The notes under the pieces are model-generated. The model was not told where the DNA came from. It searched no databases and worked only from the letters and a program-made list of their open reading frames with translations. This document shows, in pieces, positions 13,501 through 26,007 of a DNA stretch of 64,000 bases. The stretch covers positions 22,940,001 through 23,004,000 of the forward strand of contig CM097885.1 in the NCBI GenBank assembly GCA_044892525.1, given 5' to 3'. Both the position numbers and the translations under genes were made by a program. Origin of the DNA: Schmidtea polychroa. Lineage: Eukaryota. The stretch's first letter is position 1, and the number at the start of each line of letters is the position of its first letter.

Positions 13501-16500
13501 AATCATTTTTGCATTGAAAAGAATTCTTCAATTGGGTTAAGCTGGGGTGAGTATGGTGGGAGAAATCGAAGTCCAATGCTATTTCTTTGTAGAAGCTCAG
13601 AAATAACTTTAGAATGATGAAATCGCACATTGTCCATAACCAAAATCATATTACTGTTCCTAAGATTAGGGATTACTTTATTGCGAATGAATGTCAATAA
13701 CAAATCAGTATTATAAGAACCAATAATTGATTCATCGCCAATAATACCGTTAATTGATATTGATACACTTATATTTCTTCCCATATTAGTTGGAACTGTA
13801 GTATATGCTTTTGTATCGAGATGATTATATCCATGGATTTTACTGGTATGTAAGCTGATTCTCATTTCATCTCTTCATCATTTATGTGCAAAAGCTCTAC
13901 AATAAACCTCTCATTTATAACTCTTGGGCAGTTTCTTTCAACGGCCACTTTAACTATTTTTTCCCTCGAATATTCCATCTTTTTAATAGTTCTCGAAATT
14001 GTGGATAACATAGGAAGTAAATTTTCATCAAGTTTGTTCTTCTAAGATTTGAGGGTTAAGCTAAAGTCCAAACTTAGTGAGTTTGTAATTATAGGGCGAG
14101 CTAGAGAGTTTGACTTCTTATATTTTGCTCTTTCCTGACCACTTGTTTCGACGTTATTCATATAAGCAAATTACCAAAGGCACTTAATGAAAAAAGTTTT
14201 GGCAATTTCCTTGTTTTCTTTTCCTTTTCAACCAAACGAATGAAGTTGTTGATAGTTTCTTTCGTTATCACACTTCGAGTCTTTCTCCTTGCTCTTTCAT
14301 TTTAATTATAAATAATACTTTAATGATGAATTTATAATATTTTAATAATGATTTATAATTTTATATTAATGCAAAACCCTGTAAATAGAGTAAATTATTT
14401 TATCAATAACTATATTGACTAACATTATATATTTAAAATTAAAAAAAAAAAACTATATTTAAAATCCATTTCAATTTATATATGATTTCGATATTATTTA
14501 ATTAGTATATATAAATAAAGGAGAAAAGCAACGTCGTAGAAAAATTCAAGATAAAAGTACAATAGACAATCAACTTTGAATATCGTTGGGATTAAAGGGA
14601 TACGAGGAGAACTGAGAATTATTATAAGTGCGAATTTTGAAAATTGTTATGATAAAAATAAATTATATGATGATATAATTTATGAATTACTATTAAACTT
14701 AACATAGGATAAAATATAAATCTAAATGGAAAAGAAAAATCAGGAATGAAATTGTTTGAAATTTCTAGAATTTTTCAAGCATAAAAATATACAAAGCAAA
14801 GAATTAACAAAAGATATAAAAAAGAAGACATTAAAAGAGGAAATAATACGAAAAAATTACCAAGAAGAAAGGAAAGTTCTATTTGAAGTGATATAGCTAA
14901 TGATTGTAACTTTAGTTGCAAAATGTTTTGTTAAAACTTTTGAGAATAATATTAAACTTATTTCTGTGCATTTAAATCATTTTAAAAATATGAGAAAAAA
15001 TTGATATTTAATGGATTTAAGGAATGCGGCAATGAGTATTATTAGGAAATATTATAATTTACCTAGTAAATAAATGACTCCTCTATGAAATCCTTTTCTA
15101 TCACACAACTCTAATGCAGCACTGAGATCATATTTGTCACTACTTTTAAGAAACGATAACAAGCCATCTGATTTGAATTCTGCATACAAATTAACCATTT
15201 GTATGTGATAAGGTTCAGAAGCCAACTTATTATAGGAGAATAAAACATGTAAATACTGAAATTAAAAAAAATCGATTATCTGAAAATTCAGACTCAGAAT
15301 TAAAAATACGAGAAAAAATTAAGAAATAATAGATAAATGACAAATGAAAAGATAATAAAAATAATATTCATTGATTCATAATGATCAATATTGCATTTAT
15401 CAGATTTATGTGGTCAATATATTATACATTTATCATCCATTATTGATTATCATTTATTTGTTTAATAATAACAATAATAAATAATAATGATAATATATGT
15501 ATATATATATCCGATGTTATTTATTTATCTAATACGTTTTAGTCTATATATTAAAACAGTATGTAGTTTTTTGCTATGTAAGAGAAATATTGTAGTGTCC
15601 AACCGTCTCGGGACAGCTGGAATGAATGTGTGTTTGAATATATGTGTTTATACACAAAATTAATAATAAATTAACAGTGACAATTATCGAACATAAAATT
15701 TTATTTACGAAATAAAAATTAAAGACCTGTAAGTACCGGACAAAGATAAATTCGAAATACTCTAGTCTGGTTTCGATCTCAGTCTTTAAGCTCTAATTTG
15801 ATAACTCTTTCGATTTTTTTTCATTCTTTATAAGTTTTGTTCTTATTACTCTTTCTATTTTCTTTTATTTCCTTCGATATTCTTTTGTTCTTTTCAGATT
15901 TTTATTCCTCTTCACTATAGTAACTGACATTTTTAGATTTGATTATTCTTTTGACTTTCTTTAAAAATTTATCTGGTCTTGCTTCTAATATTCTATAAGT
16001 TGTATTTTCAGCTTCCTAATAATTTATTAAATTCTTTTATCGATTTTTTTTCTTTTCTTTCTATATTTGTATAGCGAAAATTTACCATAGTAAATTATCG
16101 TTGTGTAGTCTTTTTAATGTTTTTGGAACGCGACACGCGCCAAACGAAATGACTAGGTGTCACGGAACCTTGTTTTAAAAAAAATAGAATANNNNNNNNN
16201 NNNNNNNNNNNNNNNNNNNNNNNNNNNNNNNNNNNNNNNNNNNNNNNNNNNNNNNNNNNNNNNNNNNNNNNNNNNNNNNNNNNNNNNNNNNNNNNNNNNN
16301 NNNNNNNNNNNNNNNNNNNNNNNNNNNNNNNNNNNNNNNNNNNNNNNNNNNNNNNNNNNNNNNNNNNNNNNNNNNNNNNNNNNNNNNNNNNNNNNNNNNN
16401 NNNNNNNNNNNNNNNNNNAATAAATATTAATAATAACAATAATAAAAATAATAATAAATAATAGTAACAATAATAAATGATAANNNNNNNNNNNNNNNNN

Positions 16501-19500
16501 NNNNNNNNNNNNNNNNNNNNNNNNNNNNNNNNNNNNNNNNNNNNNNNNNNNNNNNNNNNNNNNNNNNNNNNNNNNNNNNNNNNNNNNNNNNNNNNNNNNN
16601 NNNNNNNNNNNNNNNNNNNNNNNNNNNNNNNNNNNNNNNNNNNNNNNNNNNNNNNNNNNNNNNNNNNNNNNNNNNNNNNNNNNNNNNNNTAAAATGATGA
16701 TTTTTTGGTAGCAGCATTAATTAAATGTTAATGAAAAGATAATTAAAATTAAATGGTGAAAATAAAAAAGATTGTAATGATAAAATAATTAAATATAAAA
16801 TCAATATTTAATGAAAATAAAATTACATGAAAAAGCCATATCGGTGTAGGTGAGAGGATTTTCACAATATTTTCCGGCTGGAAATATTCAAATTAGTTCC
16901 ATAATTGATAGAAATATATATATACATATACATACCGGGATATCATTCATATTCTCCATGAGCATAGCCAGAGTTTTATCTTTATTATAGCTAAATAGAA
17001 ACAACAGTTTTTCTTTGATATAATCGAACATTTTCCGTTTAGTCATCAACTCATACACGTGATCTTCGTCTTTCATGCGAAAATAACAGTCGAGAGACTT
17101 CTCATAGTCGTGATTGTGCTCATAGAGAATACCAAGAGATTGCAGAATACTGTACTCTTTGCTTCTCTTTTTAATTGCTGATCTATCTGAAATTGAATTA
17201 CAAAGAGTGCTTTGTGGATTTTCCATTAAATATTACCATTGTTATGAATCGATAACAGAGAAGCAGCTCGACTCTCCAGAACAAAATTAATGATACCGTT
17301 TGTATTGTATAATTTAGGAGGCCAAGTTTCCAATAGATTGAGAAATGATGACATATTATGCACAAACTGATACTTCAACACTCGCATATAGATATCAGTG
17401 CTTAGTGCCATGTTTCCGTCGATTGGAACAACCCGTAATAACACCTGACAACCAATCATTTGTAGGGTAATATGTGATTTCCGATAAATTATTATATAAC
17501 CTCAATTTGGTTGTTTTCCAATAATTTGTAGACAATTCTTTCCCAGGAGTCTTTATCGCCATTTATTGATTGACACACTTCTACTGCTTTGACAAAGTCT
17601 TTTTTGGAAAGTAGATAATCGATATATTTGATTCCAATATCCTATTTGTAAATTTTCAAACCCAATTATCAAATCATCTTATCAATAAACATTGAGTAAT
17701 AGAAAAGTAATATTATAAAAAAATTTAAATTTCACCTTGATTTTTAATTAATTTCTTTTCTAATGAAGATTTACATAATTATTAATTTTTCATCCCAGCA
17801 CTATCAGATATAGAATAATTAAAACAAAAATGGCAACCACTTCATTCAAACAAAAAACGACAATTACTTTATTAAAACAAAAATGGCAATTACATAATTA
17901 AAAAAATTTAAATGACAATAGCCTCATTAAAACAAAAATGGCAACACATCACTAAAAATTGCAATCACTTCATTAAAACAAAAAATTAAAAAATGGCAAC
18001 AAGTTCATTAAAACAAAAATGACAGCCACTTCATTAAAACAAAAAATGACATTCACATGATTACAAAAAAATTTAAAAAAAGCAACAACCTCATTAAAAC
18101 AAACATTAAAAAATGTCAACCACATAATTTAAAAATGGCAACAACTGCATTAAAAAAGACAATAACTATATTAAAACAAAAAATGGCAATTACATAATTA
18201 AAAAAATTTAAATGGCAAAACATTATTATAAATTGCAACCACTTCATTAAAACAAAAAATTAAAAAATGGCAACATGATTAAAACAAAAAATGACAATCA
18301 CTTTATTAAAACAAAAAATGACAATCACTTTATTAAAACAAAAAATAGCAATCACATTATTAAAAATGGCAACAACTGCATTAAAAAGACAATAACTATA
18401 TTAAAACAAAAATGGCAACTACAAAATTAAAAAAAAAATTTAAATGGCAACGGCCTCATTAAAACAAAAATGACTATTACTTTATTAATACTACATAGTT
18501 AAAAAAATAGCAACAACTTTATTTAAACAAAAAATGACAATCGCATCATTAAAAATGATAATCACTTTATTAAAACAAAAACAGCAATCACATCATTAAA
18601 AATAGCAACAACTTCATTAAAACAAAATGAGAATCACTTTATTAAAACAAAAATGATAATCACTTTATTAAAACAAAAAATAGAAATCACATTAAAAAAT
18701 GGCAACAACTTCATTAAAACAAAAAATAACAAACATTTTATTTAAAAATAGCAATCACATCATTAAAAAAATTTAAAATGTCAATCGTTTTATTAAAACA
18801 AAAATGGCAGTCACATTAAAAATTGGCAAAATTTTATTATTAAAACAAAATATTTATCTCGTATAACATGGTGTATAATTACGTAATAGATTGCTATGTA
18901 AACCCATGTGATATGTACTTCAACATTAACCGCCCGGGTGGTATATTATTTTTAACGCAGAACTCTCATAGTATCCTACCAATAGAATCTCCGATATCAT
19001 ATATTGCCAAATTTCAAACCTAATTACGATTTTTTACTATCACATTTTTTAATTCAACTACTTTACCGATTTCATTATTTTTATGTGTGATACAATTATA
19101 TTTCATTTTAATCCATAAAATGAAATTTTATTTCAATGTTATCTGAAAATCGACTTTTCTATTGAATGACAATAATATTAATTGAATTTTATATAAGCTA
19201 TTTTAAAATCGACAATGCAATTTTTATTTCAATGTTATCTGAAAATCGATTCCCCTATGGAATGATGCATAATTTGTCCAATTTCACAAATATTATTACA
19301 CTGTTAAATATTAAAAACTTATTTTAAATAACTTTAACTTGCTGATTGGAATTTTTTCCCAAATCATTATGATAACGATATCTATGTTTAGGAAAGCATA
19401 TGGTCTCAAATTAGCTTTAATTTTTTTCCTTAATAAAATCTTTAGTATTTCTACCAGTCATTTATTTATTTTCCTTTACAATTTACATTATCTTTGCTTT

Positions 19501-22500
19501 CCTAACTATAAACCAATATTTTATAATCTTACCGGAAATTACAGTAATACTAAATATTATTATTATTATTATTTTATATGCAACAGTATAATCTTTTTAT
19601 AACAGGTGTAATTTTACTTCTTATATATTAGTCAAATTTATTTGGACATATAAATACTTATTATACTTTTTGACTAAGACATTATGAAATTGGGTGTCAT
19701 AACAAAAGCGCGCAAAGATAGAAATAACTTTCATTTACAAGCCTAATGATGTTAATGTATTTTAATATTAATAATTAACCAAACATGAAAGTGTTAGTTG
19801 TTGGCTTAAAATATTTTGTCTCCACTTGTGTACGTGTATTCAGAAAAAAAAATTAATTATGGGATGGTATTAATTTTGAAAAACCTATATTGATTCTTTT
19901 CTTTTAAAACAGAATAACATTTTAAATCTTGTTCAAGTTAATTCAAATTAACTTTAATACAACTGCTAATTTTTGTGGTAGGTTTTAGTTGAAGTTTTTT
20001 AATTTGTCCTGCGCACTTTTGTCGGGTTACCATGAAATTGATTATTAAATTATGAAATTGATTATTAAATTAATAAAATATTATTGATAATAACTAAAAA
20101 ATTATTAAATAAATAATGCATTTACATACTATTTGTATTAAAAATCAATAAATAGCAAAATTTGATTTGTTTGAAATGTGAGTTTTTTTGGAAAAACGAA
20201 TTAAAACCTAATTAAAATTCAGTTTATAGGGGATTCAGCAATTTTATCATCCATTAAAAATGTTTAATTATTAAGGTTGGGAATGATGTATATTTACGGA
20301 TACTTATTTATGATTAATTTAATTTATTATTACAAAAACATGATAAATTATCAATAAATAAACTACTTTGTGTTTGTATTTTGTTTTATTAGGTTCTGTT
20401 GATTTTATCAGTGCTATAGCCCTTTCAAAACGCTGTTTATCTACGAGCCACTCAATTCTGTCATCAATTTCTTTTTCTTTAGCCAAAATTAAATCTTTCG
20501 ATGAAACAATGTAGAATTCATTTTCAAAGGGAATTTTTTCTGCAAAAATATCATTTTTCTGAAGCATAGTTTACATTCAATAATACCCAAATGAATGTTA
20601 TAGAATTTTGATGCCCGATAACCATTGAGATTGATTCGTTCATATGATAATTCCTTATAACCATCTGGTGATTTTGTATCCGGTTCAAGAATCATTATTA
20701 ATGACTGATAGTTCTAGATTGGTTAATCTTTTTAATGGAGATTCCAATTAAAGAATTTTACTGGATAGTTTGAATCAGAGACATCTGATGGCGTTGAATT
20801 AGAATCGAAAGAATGAACAACTCCAAGAACAAATTTATCATATGGAACGATACCTAATATTAGATCTGGAAGCATAAATGAATGAAGACTTTCAACTTTT
20901 TTGGGGTTCGACGAAAAACCCATCACTCCAGAGAATTCTAGTTGTTTAAGAGACGTGGAATAATTAGGATTGTTTTTAATAACACAAATTTGCACCAAAT
21001 GACCCCAACCAATCATAAATTTATTATTACTAATCCATGATATTCGACAATAAAATTCTTTATTAGAACTGGAAAATTATTTAAAAACAATAAATCATTC
21101 ATTAAATCTAACACTAAATGAGATTTATCCGGTTCTATTATACCAATCAATTTTTGTTCTTTCATGTCAAATATAAAAACGGACTAAATTTTGAGAATTA
21201 ATATGACTTCCCCGGTAAAAACTTACATCATCGGTAGCATAGAGTATTATTTGTTTATTCCACTTTATATTTCGTATTAGTGATTTATTATCTTGCAGAA
21301 CTTTATGATTATGAGATGAAAAGAGACCCTTGGAAATCAATAATAGCTGAAATATGTTTTCCAATTAATTTAGAAAAATTTATTAACAATTGAAATAAAA
21401 AATTATTATAGACCAATGAGAATTCATATAGAATCGAGATGAGATGATATTTTAGAAATAAAAAAAAATATCTGCAAATATACTTTCCATTTGAAATACC
21501 TCCTCACAATAGTGCTTCACATTGACATAAAAAACGTGTCAATTTCGAATAATAATAATAATAATAATAAGAACCAATATTTAATATTATTAATGTCAAT
21601 TTGACGTAAGATTTTAAGGTTAGAATGAGGTCAATCGTTTAAAGTCAGATTTCAAGGTCAATATCGTTCTAATGTCAAATTTCAAAGTCTTTTTGAGGTC
21701 AATGTCGTTTTAATGTCAAAAAGGTCATTATAAAGCTAAAAATTGATCAAAGGATCAAACTTTAAATGAATGCACGATGATTTAGTAATGTTAATGGTTG
21801 TTCTAATGGTCCTGTGTCATTTAGAGGCTAATGTCGCTCTAAAGCAGTGTTACTCAACCAAATTATATTTGTAATACGCTTATGCGGTCAAATATTCTTT
21901 TTCGTGGCCCAATATTGGGTCGTGGACTAGCGGTTGAGAATCGATGTTTTAGAGTCGAAGTTCAAGGCCAGTGTCATTTTAAAGCAGGGCGTCACTAGAG
22001 GGTGCTGGCCGCAACGGGTGACACCAATTTCTCAATTTGTCACCAAAATGAAAAAACATTTAAAAATTTTATCAATATCTCTAACTTAATTACGGTATAC
22101 ATAATATTTAAAGGAAATTAGGACAGTACATAATTTTTAAAGATAAAAGCAGCGACAGTCTTTGACTCAAAAAAGTGCGTATTACTACTAGTAGTTTACT
22201 ACTACAATAAAATAATAATGACGATATTCACATGTTTTTCTATTTGCCTGAAAAAAATATATATTTTTATTTTTTAATTAGAAAGATAAATAACTACATT
22301 TATTACCTAATGAATAAATAATATTGATTATAAATATTTATATAGATTTTATTATATTATATTTGTTTAGTTGTATATTTTTAAGTCCCTAATATATTAT
22401 ATATTTATTATTTAAGAATACATTATCATGCCACGTGGAGTGCACAAATCAAAGAGGCCTAGTGGATGTGATCAGCGAAAAGAAAAATCACAACAGGGAT

Positions 22501-25500
22501 TCATGTTTCAATATGCCAAGAGACCAAGTGATGGGCGAGGTTCATCAAAAGACGATGTTCCACAATCTACAATTGATACTGATTCCTCATACGCAAGCAG
22601 CATTACATGATCATGAGATATCGGATGACCATCTATGTCAGGAGTTAACAAAGTGCGGCCCGCGAGAACATTAAATAAGTGACAGTCATTTGTTGTCTGT
22701 GATCCGAATTAACACAACATCGTTTGAGCCAAATTTTGATGATATAATATCAAATAAAAAGCAGTTGCATAAATCCAACTCAAATTTGCAGTAATTTTTA
22801 AAGAATTTATTAATAATTATAAAGAAAAATCATAAAGAACCCATGAGTCCTGAACACAAAAATGCATTTACGAATATTCTCGGCTTAGAAGAACAATCAA
22901 ATAATCCCAGGAAAAGAAGGATGAAGCAAAAATGGCGAAAGTGTTGAAGATTTTGAATAAGTCTGTATATAAATGGCTAACTAAAATTGAACTGGCGGAC
23001 GATGAAGATTTTATAAAAAATATTCAGTTCAAGAAACCTGGAAGAAATGAAATGGAGGGATATCTTGCACAGGTTGCTTGATATAACAATGTTTCTTGCG
23101 AAACAAAATCTGGCATTCCGTGGCCATAAGGAAGAAGGAATAAAGGAAACTTTCTTGAGATGGTTGAGATGCTTTCTAAATATGACACTGTGTTGAAAGA
23201 GCACCAGTGAGATTAAAGCAAACGACATGCACAGTAAAAGCATCTGTATCTTACCATTCACCAGAAACTCAGAATGAATTTATAAATGTCCTGGCAAATC
23301 ATGTGAAGGAGATTCTGCGAGGTATTTTGGAGATATGGAATTATGTTTGACAGCACACCTGACAGGTCACACACTGACCAGATGCTTGAGGTGATCAGAT
23401 ATGTGAAAATATACAATGGGAATGTTGAAGTGAGAGAAGTGTTTTAAGGAGAAAAAGTTGATGACCTCAGTTCAGGCATTTTATAAAGTGATGGACTTGA
23501 CATAATGATGTGCTGCGCTGAAGGTTAGGGAGCATCCATTAAGGACGTCCCCCCAAAATAAGCACTCTTTGACCCCCCCCTTGTCTCTTTTCTGGAGACC
23601 CCCCGGGGACATCCCTCCGAAAACAGAACTCCCTTATTTTCAGACGAAATTTAGAACATAAAATTATAATATTAGGCAGATTATTTTGTTGCTGGTAATA
23701 CATAATATTGTTTAAGCTTTAGTAAAAATTGTCCAAATTTAAAAAGAGAATCCATTTTTAAAAACAAAATTAATAAAGCTAATATAGGCATCTGTCTTTT
23801 AACTAGTAGCCTAAATTATTTCAGTATAATGTTTACTCGTCCTCCCATGGTGATTGGGTAGGTATTAGGTTTAGTCTGAGGATGCCCTAAGCACTTGGAC
23901 GCCCTCCCCCATTGTCCCCTCTGTAGAGACCCCCTCTCCCATTGTCCCCTCTGTAGAGACCCCCTCCCACATTGCCCACTCTGTAGAGACCCCCTTCCCC
24001 ATTGCCCACTCTGTAGAGACCCCCTACCCCATTGCCCACTCTGTAGAGACCCCCTACCCCATTTCCCACTCTGTAGAGACCCCTACCCCATTGCCCACTC
24101 TGTAGAGACCCCTCCCCATTGTCCCCTCTGTAGAGACCCCCTACCCCATTGCCCACTCTGTAGAGACCCCCTCCCCGATTGTCCTCTCTGTAGAGACCCC
24201 TCCCCATTGTCCCCTCTGTAGAGACCCCTCCCCATTGCCCACTCTGTAGAGACCCCCTCCCCGATTGTCCTCTCTGTAGAGACCCCTCCCCATTGTCCCC
24301 TCTGTAGAGACCCCCCTACCCCATTGCCCACTCTGTAGAGACCCCCTACCCCATTGCCCACTCTGTAGAGACCCCCTACCCCATTGCCCACTCTGTAGAG
24401 ACCCCCTACCCCATTTCCCACTCTGTAGACCCCCTACCCCATTGTCCCCTCTGTAGAGACCCCCTCCCCCTTCCTCTTAATGGAAACAATACATGCATAA
24501 ATTTATTGCTTTACAGCAGCGCTTATCAACCTTTTTTGGCTTGAGTACCCCTTGGAAGTTCATTATCCTAAATTGTACCCCTTAGATTATATTTAGCGTA
24601 CGCGTAGGGTTGGGAACCGCTGCTTTACAACGAATCGCTTAGGTCAACGCATCAATGCGACAAATAATAATATCAGATTATATTCTGTAACAATATTGTT
24701 TCATAATTTTAAGCGAATGAGAATGAAGGAAATCGAGCAGAGTATAGGACAGAGAGAAGGGAATGAGAAAGGAGCCAATGAATGAAGGGCAATAAAAGTA
24801 CAAATCAAAGGTCAGTGCTGTAACAAATACTATGTTCTTACAGTACAGTTTCCATTGTAATATAATGATTAATTTTCATTGGTCAATTTATAATAGGAAT
24901 AATTCCAGGGCCCAATACCCTCCCCCTTTCTTATTTTATACAACTCTTAACAATATAAATGAAATTTTACTCGCGTGTCTCCTGTAACAAATTGAGACGA
25001 TCGTTTAAAATCCGGTGCAATTGCCACCGCTTTGATTGGTTGTTTAAAACTGACAACTGGATATTGTTTTTCATCTAAAAATCCAAAAATCATTACCTAA
25101 CATATAGAATTATTAATATTATTAGTTTTAATTGAATTACTTTACTATCATCAGAGCATGAAGCTATGTATTCACCAGTTGAATCAATACTGATTTGATT
25201 TATCACTGTAGAATGCTAAAATCTCTAATGTGAAAATTGTAGTGTTATGGAATTTAAAATACTGCATTTATTCTAGTTTTAGATGACGGATTTCCCTGAT
25301 GATCTAATACGTAAATATTACCCCATTCTGTACCAATCACTATAAACTATATATTTAGTAAGTTTGTTAAATCAAAAATTATTTAATAATACTTTGGAAT
25401 GTATTGCAATACAAGATATACAATCTCTAGAAATGATTTCTTGAGCACATTTTGGTACTCTTGTATATTTTAAACGAGGCTCTTCATTAACACTATCGAA

Positions 25501-25745
25501 GTTATCATTGTTTTGATAATCGCTTTCATGTTCTAGGTTGGGTTTTTCTTTAATGTTATCTTCGTCTTTTAAAGAGAAATTCTAAAACAAAATTAAGAAT
25601 ATAAGTAATATTGTTTTCAATTGCATGTTATTATTTTAATCTAATTTTAAATTTTTGTGGAATAAAATTATATTTAAATTTGATGATTTATAGACACAGT
25701 TAAAACACCATAAATAGAAACATTAATTTCTGTATATTTTGTCAT
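10539..25745 (-). CDS. VPS41: Vacuolar protein sorting 41 (HOPS subunit), multi-exon with large TE-filled introns
   Basis: Exons in order: EEPRLKYTRV (25581-25393), FIVIGTEWGNIYVLDHQGN (25346-25263), INQISIDSTGEYIASCSDD (25215-25141), PIKAVAIAPDF (25096-24971), NIKWNKQIILYATD (21346-21227), MIGWGHLVQIC (~21000), DDRIEWLV (~20450), LLETWPPKLY (~17320), a clathrin-repeat exon (16936-17226), and a last exon EAIDFCQENADEDLW...C-terminal RING (10539-~11070). The ATG at 25745 is tentative. Exons between 11.1 and 16.9 kb are uncertain because of N gaps. Confidence 0.92.
12400..13050 (-). pseudogene. Mutator-like (MULE) transposase C-terminal remnant in a VPS41 intron
   Basis: Minus-strand TFLGRRRR...FIDIWDSYQAIRDNTPRTNNSAEGWH...HPTVPRLV matches the MULE PRTNNxxEGWH motif; frameshifted. 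Confidence 0.75.
13458..14381 (-). mobile_element. Tc1/IS630-like DNA transposon, 924 bp, with a decayed DDE transposase
   Basis: TIRs CAGGGTTTTGCATTA(T/A)TATAAAAT at 13458 and inverted ending at 14381, with TA on both flanks. ORF 13503-13865 contains LVMDNVRFHH and FLPPYSPQLNPIEEFF (DDE_3). Upstream LSTISRTIKKMEYSR lies in another frame. Confidence 0.9.
14520..15000 (+). pseudogene. Possible non-LTR reverse transcriptase remnant
   Basis: KSTIDN, IIISANFENCYDK (cf. D.EKAFD) and an eroded YADD-like stretch (atagctaatgat...ttagttgcaaaa) occur in RT motif order; heavily decayed. Confidence 0.3.
16192..16689. other. Two assembly gaps (16192-16418, 16484-16689)
   Basis: Runs of N. Confidence 1.
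17815..18845. repeat. Degenerate ~25-30 bp AT-rich minisatellite in a VPS41 intron
   Basis: Many copies of AAAACAAAAAATG(G/A)CAA(C/T)CACTT(C/T)ATT. Confidence 0.9.
21845..21946. mobile_element. Small degenerate hAT-type MITE
   Basis: CAGTGTTACTCAACC ... GGTTGAGAATCGATG; the flanks ctctaaag and ttttagag resemble a decayed 8-bp nnnTAnnn TSD. Confidence 0.45.
21985..23520 (+). pseudogene. hAT transposase remnants (GTF2IRD2/SPIN-like C-terminus and ZMYM1/DUF4371-like core) in a VPS41 intron
   Basis: hAT-like end CAGGGCGTCACTAG at ~21985. SDSHLLSVIRINTTSFEPNFDDII at ~22680-22760. GNFLEMVEMLSKYDTVLKEH...SPETQNEFINVLA...DSTPDRSHTDQMLEVIRYV at ~23140-23410. Confidence 0.8.
23898..24468. repeat. 29-31 bp GC-rich minisatellite, about 19 copies
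   Basis: Tandem CCCCATTG(C/T)CC(A/C)CTCTGTAGAGACCCCCT(A). Confidence 0.97.
24517..24622. mobile_element. 106-bp hAT (Buster/Charlie-type) MITE
   Basis: TIRs CAGCGCTTATCAACC and GGTTGGGAACCGCTG; 8-bp TSD ctttacag/ctttacaa. Confidence 0.75.
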
Positions 25746-26007
25746 GTAAATTAATTTATTAACAAAATATTTTTAAGAATCATCGTTTAAAATTTTTAGT
25801 GAAATTGTAATGTAAAATTTATTTTTTATTCTTTAAATTTTGTCTGAATAATTGACAAATTTGAACTAATTGCTTTTAATTAAAAATAATTCTTATTTTT
25901 TGCGAATGTAATCATCTGTAATTTAAATTGTCATTATTTTTGATAGTACATATCATTGTTTAAATATTGATCAATCATTGTAATTTTTATTAAATTTGTA
26001 AATAAGA

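Noticed and set aside
16095-16717. ORF-track entries full of X here and at 43130-43370 and 63268-63658
   Set aside because: Artefacts of N gaps.
23524-23892. PIF/Harbinger-like MITE (TTAGGGAGCATCC ... GGATGCCCTAA)
   Set aside because: TIR match is short and imperfect and the TSDs disagree (TTA vs TAA).
23887-24421. ORFs with repeated HCPLCRDPLP (CxxC, zinc-finger-like) or GGLYRVGNG peptides
   Set aside because: They are translations of a 30-bp minisatellite, open in several frames on both strands, inside a VPS41 intron and without splice support.
23898-24468. CRISPR-like appearance of regular ~30-bp repeats (also 36030-36540)
   Set aside because: Repeats are directly adjacent with no unique spacers, there are no cas genes, and the context is eukaryotic.
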